DNA of 63,944 nt, filler included, from Asterionella formosa (lineage: Eukaryota): the NCBI GenBank assembly GCA_002256025.1. It is 9 parts of 9 records of this genome, joined end to end, with 100 filler letters (N's around TTAATTAATTAA, not from the genome) between each part and the next. Parts side by side here need not be neighbours in the genome. Positions count along the whole stretch, not along the records: positions 26,283 to 52,397 come from NKIB01001824.1; 8 more parts are not named here. One strand, written 5' to 3'. Below are positions 35,985 to 46,696 of the stretch, in pieces. The position numbers and the translations under genes were made by a program. How positions within the stretch are numbered: position 1 is the stretch's first letter; the number at the start of each line of letters is the position of its first letter. Under the pieces are notes generated by a model. The model had not been told where the DNA came from. It worked only from the letters and a program-made list of their open reading frames with translations, and did no database searches.

Positions 35985-37106
35985 CTATAGAGATGCTCGA
36001 GTATATCGAATGACTGGACCTCCACTTGGGTGCCTTGTAATCAGATTTCTAGTAATGTCCGCCACACTTTGACATCCACAGAGAGCCATTGCGGCAGCCA
36101 CCTCAGTCTTCAATAGATGTAGCATGTGCTTGACACCGTCTTCTCCATTGACGGCAAGAGCAAAGAATACTGGTTTTCCAATGCCCACGGCAGTGGCACC
36201 AAGGGCCAGGGCCTTGACAACATCTGTGCCCCTTCGGATCCCTCCATCAAGTAAAATAGGCACACGACCTCGCACGACCTTCGAAATCGCAGGGAGTGCA
36301 TCAATAGTCGCCAAACATCCGTCCAACTGTCGGCCACCATGATTTGATACCATGATTCCATCAGCACCATGTTCAATCGCCAATACTGCATCCTGAGGCG
36401 TCATGATACCTTTGACGATCAAGGGCAGACCAGCACAATGATTCTTGATCCACTGAACATGGTCCCAAGTGACATTAATGTCAAAAAGGGTTTCTGTCGT
36501 TTGGTCCCATGCAGGTGATTCTTGAGCATTGTATGATTGGTCGAAGGACGTGCCATCATAGTTTGCCAGTCGATGTGGGTCTGGGAGGGCATTCCACCCA
36601 TTTCTCGCGTCGGCTTCTCGATAGCCCAATCTGACACTATCTACAGTCAAGACGATGGCTTGATATCCACATTGAATGGCTCGCTGGATTAGGTCCAGCG
36701 TCAACTGCTTGTCTGTGAGAATGTAGGATTGATACCATCGCATGGTGTCTGGTGCCGCATGTGTCACTTGTGCAATGCTCTTGGTGGCATGCTGCGAGTG
36801 ACCAAAGGCAATGCCCGCATGACCGCACGCTCTAGCTGTGGCGCATTCTCCCTCGGCGTGACACAAGGCTTGCACTCCGGCTGGACAAGTGAACACTGGC
36901 ATGTCCAACGTCCTACCAAACAGTTTGGTGGCTGTGGACAAGTGTTCCATGGGTACCATTACGCGAGGCAACAAGTACCAGCCCTTGAAGGCTGATACGT
37001 TTTCTGTCAGAGTCTGCTCATCATCTGTGCCAGATGCGATGTATTCGAAAAGAGGCTTGGGGAGCTTGCGTTTGGCTTCTTTCTGGTAGTCGTCGAGGTT
37101 GAACAT
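35985..37106 (-). CDS. FMN-dependent alpha-hydroxy acid oxidase (glycolate oxidase-like), probably peroxisomal
   Basis: LTVDSVRLGYRE, LIVKGI, VSNHGGRQLD and DGGIRRGTDVVKALALGA motifs intact; C-terminus …TRASL resembles a variant PTS1. Confidence 0.92.
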   Translation of the reverse strand: MFNLDDYQKEAKRKLPKPLFEYIASGTDDEQTLTENVSAFKGWYLLPRVMVPMEHLSTATKLFGRTLDMPVFTCPAGVQALCHAEGECATARACGHAGIAFGHSQHATKSIAQVTHAAPDTMRWYQSYILTDKQLTLDLIQRAIQCGYQAIVLTVDSVRLGYREADARNGWNALPDPHRLANYDGTSFDQSYNAQESPAWDQTTETLFDINVTWDHVQWIKNHCAGLPLIVKGIMTPQDAVLAIEHGADGIMVSNHGGRQLDGCLATIDALPAISKVVRGRVPILLDGGIRRGTDVVKALALGATAVGIGKPVFFALAVNGEDGVKHMLHLLKTEVAAAMALCGCQSVADITRNLITRHPSGGPVIRYTRASL

Positions 37107-37486
37107 GAGTTATTCGTTTTGTATAATAGTTGTTGTCGATTTCACAGTGTCCAGTTTTGCTGGCTGAGACCCATCAAGATGTATAACAAAATTCAGCAAA
37201 TCATCATCATGAGAAGGATTTTTACGGGGGTCATAAAAAACAAAGTGTCAAAAAACCCCGTACATAGCATGTTACAGAAAATTCCTACCAGCTATATAAT
37301 TATTGTTAAAATATTTATACCGATATACCGGTACCGGTGTATGATGATTATTCCGGACTCCGGAGTATTTTTCAAATGTCCCATAAGTAACTATAATATT
37401 TTAGCTTTAGTCGATTACCGTATCTACCTATTTTACAAACCGCGGTAAGGAATATTTTATGTTGATAGAAAATACTCCCACCCATC

Positions 37487-40400
37487 ATGCCTCCTGTTTC
37501 TGAAACTGATGCCATCCTACAACGTTTGGGTCGACCATCCTCATCAAGCGCATCTTCAGGAAAAGAGCCACCGGATTCTGCCAGGGCGGAATTGGGAAAA
37601 CGCTTGGCCGTTGCTTGGTGCAAACAACAAGACAAGCTCGAAGGGAATGCCATCATTGCTGCGATCCTCCAGAAGAGATGCAATCCTTCCGTACTTTCCG
37701 CCTTTTGTAGACTGTTAGAGGAAACACAACCGCACGCTGTAACGCCTCTCCCCATATTTTGGATATCGGACTGGATCGTACTAGCAGAACCAATACTATG
37801 CGCCGACGACAACCGTAACTACAATGATATGCAGCCTCTGATTCGACTCTATGCGAGACACGCTGTTTCGAATTGCACAGATCATTCAGGGATATTTCCA
37901 GAATTATTCTTTAAACTACAGCAAGCCGTCACTCGTACCAGTCTCGTTAGACAATTGACGCATGTGGCCTTTGGCGGAAACAGCGACGTAACGGCAATTT
38001 TGTCACCGGTCATGGCATGCATATTAAGCCAAAAGTGCCCCCTAGAGGAACGAATGAATTGTCTGCAAGGAATATTTAGAGAATGTTATAAAAGTTCGAG
38101 TTTAAGGAAGGAAATTGTTGTCTGGTTGGTACTTGGACTAGAGATGCATTTGTTGGGCCTGCAAGGCACCACACAAAAACAAACGACTATGGAGATTTCG
38201 TTTCAATGGATGCTCACGGTTTCTGACCTGTTGACAAGGAGCTACTCTGTCAATCTTGACTGGGGAACTCAACTTTCCACGATCATTACGAAGATCCTGC
38301 CACATTATTTCCTCTGTGACAGTTGCTTTTGTTTAGAGCAGGTTTGGTCAAACCTTCATAAATTGGTTATCAAAGGAAAAACTCAAGTGAGTGAAGAGTG
38401 CATTCTTCAGTTGGCGGTCTTTTGTATTTCTACTCCTGTCAAGGAAGAAGTGGTAGGAATTTTGACGCTCCTGGAGGCGTCAGCATCAACAAGTACAAGC
38501 TCAAAATGGATTTCTCAGCTCATGCTGACAATAGCATGCATCTTTCAACAAGATGAAGCAAACGAAGGCCCCGTCAAGAAAATCAATTTGTATCACTCGG
38601 TTCTGCAAACACCCGGAGAGAGTACTGACATACTCCAGCATTTTGGATCTCACTCTGGTGACGCATTGAATTTCATAAATTATACAATCGACTCTATCCA
38701 GAATTTGGACACCATCAACACATCTGTTTTGGATCAGAATGCATTATTTTTACTTTCTTGTGTTCTATTGACGGACACCAATTATAACCTGGCCACATCC
38801 ATGGCGATTGCGCTGCTTAAAAAGTTCCCTTTCTTCGGAATCACCATGCTTCCAATTCTTCTTCAGTCGATTCAACAAGCAACAGACGGAACCAAGCTTC
38901 AACAGCGAGTTACGTTTATGTGTGACTATATTGTCCATGATCCACACTGTGCTCAAGAAGTGTGGAATATTGTGGGGGTTTCGTTCACTGACAAGTATAG
39001 TCCAACTGAGGTTCGTACAATGGCGATTCGATCCTTTCCAAATCTAGTTGCCAGCAATCGACGGCTTTATCGACGTGTCATTGATTCAATTGGGAGCATG
39101 ATAGAAGAGCGAAATACTGAGATTCGCCTGGCGATTGCAGCAACAATCCATGACTTGGCAGCTAGGGACTTGATTCTGGATGTTTCAGATGTGATTGGAT
39201 GGTTACAAACTTTTTTGACTGATGAAAGCAACGCTGTGGTCCATTTGGCCATCCTCGCGTTACACCACCTTATTGTAAATGGAGAATTGGACTTTGACGT
39301 TGTCGTCAAGGTCTTGAGCAAGCGCATATGTCCAGTGGGGGATGTGAATCAAGTCTTGGACTTGCACCTTCTTGTGATTGATGCACTTGTTGTCCTTCTT
39401 GGAGATGGTGAGCTAATTGACGATGTCAATGACAAGGAGATCTTGGCAGAATACGCCGTTTCGGCGCAAGTTCAAAGTGCAGTCAGTACTCTCATTGCCT
39501 TGGCTTTGTCCAGCCGCCTATCTTGCAATGGTGGCCAAGTGTCTGAACCAATTCGTCGTATTCGGTTAGGTATACTAAAATCGCTGGCAAACTATTCGTT
39601 GCCAGCCCTTGGCTTGGACATAGAAGGAGTTCAGTCAGCAACAAAACCACTCGAAGGAGGCAGCGAGACTATTCCTGACGCAGCAAGGAGATACAATTCA
39701 GTGAAAGAATTGACGCTTGAATCTATCGCGGCCGTGGACACCAGTACTGTAGACAACCCGGCTATCCTCCTGGCAAGAAAGATTGTGCTCCTAGAAGAAG
39801 ATGCGTTGGGAACATCAGTCTGGCAGAAAGGACTAAAGCCCTTATCATCAAGAAAGTCTAAATCAAGCACTTCAAAGAAGCAAGACATTTCGTCCTCCCT
39901 TCCCGACCCAGACAGCGTTAGGGAAATGTACGATTCAAACCCATCTCCAGCGACAAGTATTGCTGGCCTTTTGGCATTCGACGGAACTGAAAGAAGCTAT
40001 CTAATGGACTATGCTGGTGATTTGGGCAATGTGAAGCTCAACCCCGTTCAGCAACTTCTGTTGATACAAGGGTGGTTGCAAGCTATGTTAAGAACTTGGT
40101 CAGCTATCTCAAGCGCGACTGAAATAGACGAGATAAAGGATATCATTCAAGAAATCTTGGAATGGCGCACTGTACTCGACGATGCAGACTTTACCTATTT
40201 TGCGCTGTCTTGCCTTTCTCTTCACATGCCTCAGATCGTTTCAAGCAGAAGCGGAAGCGAAATTAACCTGTCAACAGTGGTGGACAATATTCACACGACT
40301 GTCGAGCAGGCCTTCAAGGGTCATGAGTTCCAATCGAAAGACATTGCTTACTTATCATTGGCTTGCATTGCTGTTCGAGCACTGGACGGAGGAGTTCATG

Positions 40401-42694
40401 AGCGCTTCATTAGATGTTTGGTCGAATTGGAAAGCGTTGCCCAGAGTGGCGAGGAAGCATTTGGAGCGTTGTACGGACTGTCAATTATAGTACAACATCT
40501 GGCATCATCGATATCCACTGGTAGAAGTGATGCGTACTTTAGCAAGAAACAGCGTGAAACTGCTTTATATAAGGCAGTCGGTCTCTTGATTGATTGCACA
40601 AATGCCCTTAGTCCTAAGGAGGATGTCAGGGTCATATTTGCTGCCTGTGTACGGACAGGGAAGGCTACCACGGATCTTGCGAAGTCGCTGTCCATGTTGG
40701 CAGTATCAGAGGTTGAATCACAACAAAACAAATTCGATACATTAATGGCAGCCTTTGCATTATGCGGTCCTTCTCTGTCGTTAATCAACCCCCAGCTGGG
40801 CCGGGCCCTGTTCTTTTTCCTTAAAGGATTTCAAGCTGGAATGGTACACTCCTTCGCGTTGTCGTCGCTCTATGAAAGTTGTAAAAGTATTCGGTCCCTA
40901 TCAGAAGGCGAAATAGAAGATTTTGACACAGAAACAAGGAACTTATGGAATCAAAGTGAAAGTTTTTTCTTCATGTCGTCGATGCTGCTTCTTGGCACAG
41001 GAACTGAACCTGCATTGATTCAGGCTCAAATGAATCATCTGAACAATGTTCCGCTAGTTGAAGTGGAACCAAACATGCTTCTGGGCGTCCTTCCTTTGAT
41101 CACAACGCTGCCCACGATCTCATTGGGTAATGGTACATTTAGGGCAGCTGCCCAAACCAAGAACGTTATTGATAAGACGTCGGTGTCGACCTTCGTTGAG
41201 AGGCTTTCATTTCTTGCCGTGGACCGAGGCGATACTAGCGAGGGATCTATGGCAACAATCGTTTATGGCCTATTTGCCTCACTCAAGTTGCCTCCTATTG
41301 AATTAAAAGCAACCCCGGGACTATATTCGGGAGTTCCACGAATTCCAGCTCTCGCCATGAATATCACTAGAATCCCTATTCCACTCGAAGGAACTGTGCT
41401 CTCGGGCCTCATTGCTTGTCTTCGCGAAAGATCAACAAATCAGGATAAGCAATCCTCTATCCTTAAATGTTTGCAACCACTATCGCTGCCAAGTCAATTT
41501 GCCGACGGCTTGTTGGATCCAATCATCATGGACGTTACTCTTGCAGATACCACGCTGAAAGCTGCCGCAATCGATTTATTACTCTCCCAGATAAGCGGGC
41601 GTCGAAGGGCCACATTCGACGGGCGTGAGTTTGTGGGTTTAGCGGCAAGGACGACTGCCACAGATGCATCATCACTTCACTTACTGCTTGGCAGTGCAAC
41701 GTCCATATTGTTGTCTTCAATCAATTTAATAGTTTCCAAAGCTTCAGCAGAATCAATTGCAGCCATTTTGAACGGATCATGGAGTTGTTGTCTCGAAGAA
41801 CAGCCACAAGTTATTATAGGCTGGTTAACTGCGATTCAATCCATTTTATTGGATAGTAGCTCGAGAAATATGTCGCCCAAGGTGGTCAAAGATGTCCGAA
41901 GGTTTCTGGTGAACACAGTGTTCACTGGAATATCTACACTAGACGACAACGCCTTCAGTGTGGTCGAAACTAAATTTGCTGATTGCTTACGAGCGATTCC
42001 ACTTGAGTTCCTTGATCATGAAGAAAAGTTCTTTACCTTCAAAGAAGACGATGAACATTTACGAATGTCTCGAAAAGTAAAATGCTCAATGGGCCTCCTC
42101 TTATCTGGTTACTTTGAGTCGAGAGAGCGTATTCAGAGTGTTTTCCTTTCGGCAATCGCGTGGTTCGTTCGGTTGGAAGCAAATGAAAACTCAGTGTCCA
42201 CATTCAGACGATGTGGAATGGCTATTGCTACAGCCACTGTAGTATTGGATGATTCTGTGAAGAACCAGGTATTGATGCTAATGTTAGAGGCAATGCTGGT
42301 ACAAAAAGCTAGTTCTCCAAACATGGAACTTATCGGGGCTATCACTGGAAAATGGACCCATCAACCGGGGAATGTTTCCAGCTTGTCCACAACAATTTTC
42401 TCAGCTGCGGATCGCGTGCTTAGGCTCGACGACACCTCAATCACTTTGACTGCCTTTGGCTTCTTGAAGACAATTCCTGCTGATATCGGAGCTGTGACCT
42501 CCAAGGGTGGAACAGCATCCATACTTTCAAACCGACTAATTCGCATCTTGGGAACATGGACGAAAAGCAAAGGTGGCGACAGAATTCTCCTGACTTTTCT
42601 TCAGATGTCACTTTCCTGTTTGGCCCATTCTGATTCAAGTGGAGCACTGCAAATGTCCTACGTTATGATGGACTTTCTTAATCAAGTGTTGTAG
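37487..42694 (+). CDS. Large ARM/HEAT-repeat protein, focadhesin/RST1-like (DUF3730-type)
   Basis: Intronless 1735-aa Leu-rich helical ORF; IRLAIAATIHDLA…VIGWLQ…AILALHHLIVNGELDFDVVVKVL resembles the focadhesin/RST1 conserved block. Confidence 0.65.
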   Translation: MPPVSETDAILQRLGRPSSSSASSGKEPPDSARAELGKRLAVAWCKQQDKLEGNAIIAAILQKRCNPSVLSAFCRLLEETQPHAVTPLPIFWISDWIVLAEPILCADDNRNYNDMQPLIRLYARHAVSNCTDHSGIFPELFFKLQQAVTRTSLVRQLTHVAFGGNSDVTAILSPVMACILSQKCPLEERMNCLQGIFRECYKSSSLRKEIVVWLVLGLEMHLLGLQGTTQKQTTMEISFQWMLTVSDLLTRSYSVNLDWGTQLSTIITKILPHYFLCDSCFCLEQVWSNLHKLVIKGKTQVSEECILQLAVFCISTPVKEEVVGILTLLEASASTSTSSKWISQLMLTIACIFQQDEANEGPVKKINLYHSVLQTPGESTDILQHFGSHSGDALNFINYTIDSIQNLDTINTSVLDQNALFLLSCVLLTDTNYNLATSMAIALLKKFPFFGITMLPILLQSIQQATDGTKLQQRVTFMCDYIVHDPHCAQEVWNIVGVSFTDKYSPTEVRTMAIRSFPNLVASNRRLYRRVIDSIGSMIEERNTEIRLAIAATIHDLAARDLILDVSDVIGWLQTFLTDESNAVVHLAILALHHLIVNGELDFDVVVKVLSKRICPVGDVNQVLDLHLLVIDALVVLLGDGELIDDVNDKEILAEYAVSAQVQSAVSTLIALALSSRLSCNGGQVSEPIRRIRLGILKSLANYSLPALGLDIEGVQSATKPLEGGSETIPDAARRYNSVKELTLESIAAVDTSTVDNPAILLARKIVLLEEDALGTSVWQKGLKPLSSRKSKSSTSKKQDISSSLPDPDSVREMYDSNPSPATSIAGLLAFDGTERSYLMDYAGDLGNVKLNPVQQLLLIQGWLQAMLRTWSAISSATEIDEIKDIIQEILEWRTVLDDADFTYFALSCLSLHMPQIVSSRSGSEINLSTVVDNIHTTVEQAFKGHEFQSKDIAYLSLACIAVRALDGGVHERFIRCLVELESVAQSGEEAFGALYGLSIIVQHLASSISTGRSDAYFSKKQRETALYKAVGLLIDCTNALSPKEDVRVIFAACVRTGKATTDLAKSLSMLAVSEVESQQNKFDTLMAAFALCGPSLSLINPQLGRALFFFLKGFQAGMVHSFALSSLYESCKSIRSLSEGEIEDFDTETRNLWNQSESFFFMSSMLLLGTGTEPALIQAQMNHLNNVPLVEVEPNMLLGVLPLITTLPTISLGNGTFRAAAQTKNVIDKTSVSTFVERLSFLAVDRGDTSEGSMATIVYGLFASLKLPPIELKATPGLYSGVPRIPALAMNITRIPIPLEGTVLSGLIACLRERSTNQDKQSSILKCLQPLSLPSQFADGLLDPIIMDVTLADTTLKAAAIDLLLSQISGRRRATFDGREFVGLAARTTATDASSLHLLLGSATSILLSSINLIVSKASAESIAAILNGSWSCCLEEQPQVIIGWLTAIQSILLDSSSRNMSPKVVKDVRRFLVNTVFTGISTLDDNAFSVVETKFADCLRAIPLEFLDHEEKFFTFKEDDEHLRMSRKVKCSMGLLLSGYFESRERIQSVFLSAIAWFVRLEANENSVSTFRRCGMAIATATVVLDDSVKNQVLMLMLEAMLVQKASSPNMELIGAITGKWTHQPGNVSSLSTTIFSAADRVLRLDDTSITLTAFGFLKTIPADIGAVTSKGGTASILSNRLIRILGTWTKSKGGDRILLTFLQMSLSCLAHSDSSGALQMSYVMMDFLNQVL

Positions 42695-42738
42695 GCTCGA
42701 TAGGCACCACTCCAATTTTTTTAATCAATATTAGGCAA

Positions 42739-44124
42739 TTACACTTCCATAAAGTCAGAGTATCGTATTCGAACGAAAGCTGCCGCCAATTCCTCAGCCT
42801 GTTTTTTTAACAAATTCTTGTCATCGTTAGAAAGAACTATAGTCCAAATGAACGAAGGTGTCACCTGTTTGAGTAGCTTGTCCCTCAGTAGTCCAATTAC
42901 TAACTGGAAGAATTGAATGGTTCTCTTCTCGGCACGAATCATGTCAGCAGCGAACGACTGCATCGAAACGCCTTCGATAGCGAGGTATTTCGAAATATCG
43001 TCATTCGTCATATTATAGCTTGACAGCAACGCTACCAGTGCCGCTTCCAGTCCATCAATGGCAGTGAGCTCTGCCTTGACCATTTCGTCTTGCTGCATTT
43101 CCTCCCTCTCTCCAACGTCTCCATAAAGCATATCATCCATGTCATCTTCCTCCTCGCCATTTAGGAATTCTTCCAAATCATTTTCCGAGTCCTCGCTTTC
43201 CTCTCCAGATTCTTCGCTGTGTACGTGAAACAATTCGATCGCTTTACACAGGGGCCCAAAGGTAAAGCTTTTGGGACCTGTCCTCATTTCAATAGGCGGT
43301 TTTCCATCCTTCAGTTTCAACTCAACAATGTCATTGCTAGATCCATCAGGTTCCAGATTGTTGGCAATGCAGAAACCATAGTTGAATAGAAGCTGTGCGT
43401 TGCCTTTTGCTCCATAGGTAATGGCAAGCACACTACCCCTTTCAATGTCTACGCAAGAAGTCACCTCGACGCCTTTGTCAGTGCGCTTGTAAGATATATT
43501 CTTTGTGACATTGCCACGTCGGTGATTACAGAGATCTAGGAGTGGAACCATGGCAATATCGCTGTCTTGACTGGTAGCTCCGAAACCAGCAAATGCACGT
43601 GATGTGACAGCAGCTAGCATGTCATCAAAGTTGGAGAAAGTAGGCACTTGACCACCCAGAGCGTCCTTCACAAGTTCAAAGTCCGTTTGAGCACCATCAC
43701 TGGATTTTTTAATTCGATCCAATATACAAGAACCACCCAGCAACTTATCGCGGTCCTCCTCGGACCATCGCCGTGGCAGCGAATCAAATGAAGCACTTTC
43801 AGGCAGAGTGCTGAGGTAGTTTTGAAAGTCCCCAGTACCTTGTTCAAGCTGTCTGGCCAAATAAACAGCAATCAAAACATCTTGCTCTTCATTGTACAAT
43901 CCTGAATCAATGCGTAACTTCTCAATGCCAGTCGATTCCAAGGATATGATACACTCCTTTGGAATTTCCATCAAAATTGTGTCCTTTACAACATCGTCCG
44001 TCATGATCATCTCTCGTTGTTCTTCCGACCAACGAATCGCGTCATGGATTGTTCCAGTCTTGCTCTTAATCCAATCAACAGTATCATGCCACCACTCTAC
44101 ATCTCGTTTGCGTTTTGTCGTCAT
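42739..44124 (-). CDS. SET-domain protein-lysine N-methyltransferase (Rubisco-LSMT/SETD3/SETD6 class)
   Basis: IPKECIIS, YLSTLP, VTSRAF, MVPLLDLCNH, ITYGAKGNAQLLFNYGF motifs. Confidence 0.9.
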   Translation of the reverse strand: MTTKRKRDVEWWHDTVDWIKSKTGTIHDAIRWSEEQREMIMTDDVVKDTILMEIPKECIISLESTGIEKLRIDSGLYNEEQDVLIAVYLARQLEQGTGDFQNYLSTLPESASFDSLPRRWSEEDRDKLLGGSCILDRIKKSSDGAQTDFELVKDALGGQVPTFSNFDDMLAAVTSRAFAGFGATSQDSDIAMVPLLDLCNHRRGNVTKNISYKRTDKGVEVTSCVDIERGSVLAITYGAKGNAQLLFNYGFCIANNLEPDGSSNDIVELKLKDGKPPIEMRTGPKSFTFGPLCKAIELFHVHSEESGEESEDSENDLEEFLNGEEEDDMDDMLYGDVGEREEMQQDEMVKAELTAIDGLEAALVALLSSYNMTNDDISKYLAIEGVSMQSFAADMIRAEKRTIQFFQLVIGLLRDKLLKQVTPSFIWTIVLSNDDKNLLKKQAEELAAAFVRIRYSDFMEV

Positions 44125-44552
44125 GACGGTTGTGGTGTAAGCGAGCTGGTTTTGCTTGAATAGAATGCTAACCGGTGGCTGACGAGTTACCTAGGTTTTG
44201 TTCCACTTTTTGTATAAATGATATATTTTATGTAAATTAGTTTGATGGACAGGATTTTAGGGTTAAATAATTACAGGTCACGATTTTGCGAGGTTGGGCT
44301 CCCGGTAGATAGGGTTATGGTTTCGCACTTGCTTGGACGCTGGTGCTTGACATCATCCATGCTGGCTTTGTGCTTCCTCAACAATATTCACGTCCCACTG
44401 ACCACCGTATGATCCCAGTGAGCTTTGATTGTTAAATCCCAATACCGGTATCTATTCTCAGAATAAGCTTGCGAATTTTGTTGCTGGTTCATTGAAAGTC
44501 TGAGCTTATAGTGTGAGTCTAATTACAAACACTTGGCCTTGGCGATATTCCA

Positions 44553-45791
44553 TTACTCATTTAAACTTGATAGCATCACATCCACCCCACGAATGTTCGT
44601 CACAAAATCCATGCTCCTCATTTTGAGATGCTTCATGGACATGGATTCTGAAAGTCGATTCAACCAGACATTGACATGTCCAGTCCCTTCTTGAAAGAAC
44701 GCTTCGCCGTAACTCGCAATAAAAGGAAATGATGGCAAGCTGGAAAGTCCCATAAAACTTTGCTTGGCCACCGTCAGTCGAACATAGGCAAGTGGTAAGG
44801 TGTCCTGTTCTTTATCCCGAATAGAAATCTTAGCATTCGGAAAGTCTCGCTGAAGGTATTCAAGCAACGATCGTACCACTTTTTTGCAATTCTCTGTGCG
44901 ATTTTCATCTCCAGGCCGATTTCCATTTAATTCAAATGGCTGGGGAATAAGTCCAATTGTTTTAGTACCCTGGGAAATGAATTTTCGGTATTCCTTGAAT
45001 TTTATAATGCCGTAATCACGTCGTGGACGCTGTAGCATGAGCAAACTGTCACAATGAAAATGAATCGCCGTTTCGTCGAAAACTGTCTTGCCAAAGGCTG
45101 GCGTGTCTATCTCGGTTGATAATGGAGGTTGTCCATAGATGCCAATTGCTCGTTGTACAAAGGTGCGAACTCCCTTCTGAATCTCGTTGCCCATCATGTC
45201 AAGCGGAATATCGGTCGATGACCAAGAGCACACTAGCTGTTCTGTAAGGTTGTAGGGCATCCAGTTGTCTCTATTTGCTGGATAGCATCCTTCAAACCAT
45301 TTCATAACGTGATGGTCCTTGCTTCCTTGCGAACATTGAAATGCAAAGTCAACACCAGAGTAGCTTGTTGCCACGATGGCTTCATAGAGAGCAATCATGT
45401 AGTTTCCAGTGCCAAGTTCATTAAACGAAAGTGTGCAGTCAATAGTCATGTTGACTATTATGTGCGGCCCCTTTGTTCTGCCTTCCACCAGGTTTGTGAT
45501 GCCCTTCGTCTCCCTGATCAAGTCACAAAGCTTTTGCTGACCTTTCCACCAGAAGAAGTGTTCCAGACCAACATTGAGTACGGTCGTGTTCTCTAACATT
45601 GGACATGCATGTGAATCTTTGAATTCGGACCGTCCTGTACGCCTAACGAATACCTCATAATCTTTCATCAAGTCAACATGAGATACAATTGATGTGATAT
45701 ACCAAACACTTATTGCAAAAGCCCGAATGCTTGTGCCACACAAGGTGCCAAAACAGAAAAGACAAATCGCCTTGCCACATTTCGTCATCAT
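44553..45791 (-). CDS. Hypothetical type II membrane protein, possibly glycosyltransferase-like
   Basis: 412-aa ORF with an N-terminal anchor; ELGTGNYM, DETAIHFHCD, DYGIIKF and AKQSFMGLSS motifs recall an expanded diatom family with GT-B-like motifs. Confidence 0.6.
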   Translation of the reverse strand: MMTKCGKAICLFCFGTLCGTSIRAFAISVWYITSIVSHVDLMKDYEVFVRRTGRSEFKDSHACPMLENTTVLNVGLEHFFWWKGQQKLCDLIRETKGITNLVEGRTKGPHIIVNMTIDCTLSFNELGTGNYMIALYEAIVATSYSGVDFAFQCSQGSKDHHVMKWFEGCYPANRDNWMPYNLTEQLVCSWSSTDIPLDMMGNEIQKGVRTFVQRAIGIYGQPPLSTEIDTPAFGKTVFDETAIHFHCDSLLMLQRPRRDYGIIKFKEYRKFISQGTKTIGLIPQPFELNGNRPGDENRTENCKKVVRSLLEYLQRDFPNAKISIRDKEQDTLPLAYVRLTVAKQSFMGLSSLPSFPFIASYGEAFFQEGTGHVNVWLNRLSESMSMKHLKMRSMDFVTNIRGVDVMLSSLNE

Positions 45792-46696
45792 GGAAGTGCG
45801 AGAGGGGGGAGCATGATTAGCGGTTGTCTTTTTTTTGTCGATGCGTGTTGATGATGCAATGTCTACTATTATACATCTATACCGGTATATNNNNNNNNNN
45901 NNNNNNNNNNNNNNNNNNNNNNNNNNNNNNNNNNNNNNNNNNNNNNNNNNNNNNNNNNNNNNNNNNNNNNNNNNNNNNNNNNNNNNNNNNNNNNNNNNNN
46001 NNNNNNNNNNNNNNNNNNNNNNNNNNNNNNNNNNNNNNNNNNNNNNNNNNNNNNNNNNNNNNNNNNNNNNNNNNNNNNNNNNNNNNNNNNNNNNNNNNNN
46101 NNNNNNNNNNNNNNNNNNNNNNNNNNNNNNNNNNNNNNNNNNNNNNNNNNNNNNNNNNNNNNNNNNNNNNNNNNNNNNNNNNNNNNNNNNNNNNNNNNNN
46201 NNNNNNNNNNNNNNNNNNNNNNNNNNNNNNNNNNNNNNNNNNNNNNNNNNNNNNNNNNNNNNNNNNNNNNNNNNNNNNNNNNNNNNNNNNNNNNNNNNNN
46301 NNNNNNNNNNNNNNNNNNNNNNNNNNNNNNNNNNNNNNNNNNNNNNNNNNNNNNNNNNNNNNNNNNNNNNNNNNNNNNNNNNNNNNNNNNNNNNNNNNNN
46401 NNNNNNNNNNNNNNNNNNNNNNNNNNNNNNNNNNNNNNNNNNNNNNNNNNNNNNNNNNNNNNNNNNNNNNNNNNNNNNNNNNNNNNNNNNNNNNNNNNNN
46501 NNNNNNNNNNNNNNNNNNNNNNNNNNNNNNNNNNNNNNNNNNNNNNNNNNNNNNNNNNNNNNNNNNNNNNNNNNNNNNNNNNNNNNNNNNNNNNNNNNNN
46601 NNNNNNNNNNNNNNNNNNNNNNNNNNNNNNNNNNNNNNNNNNNNNNNNNNNNNNNNCTCCTGTCTCACTTTGGGTCTAACCGCATTGATTTCAACG

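Noticed and set aside
44255..44325. TTAGGGTTA / TAGGGTTATGG telomere-like or telobox motifs upstream of the SET gene
   Set aside because: Only two isolated copies; compatible with chance
45824..46696. 879-aa ORF start upstream of MATE and similar X-filled ORFs at 34.8-35.2 kb
   Set aside because: The frames are open only because they cross N gaps
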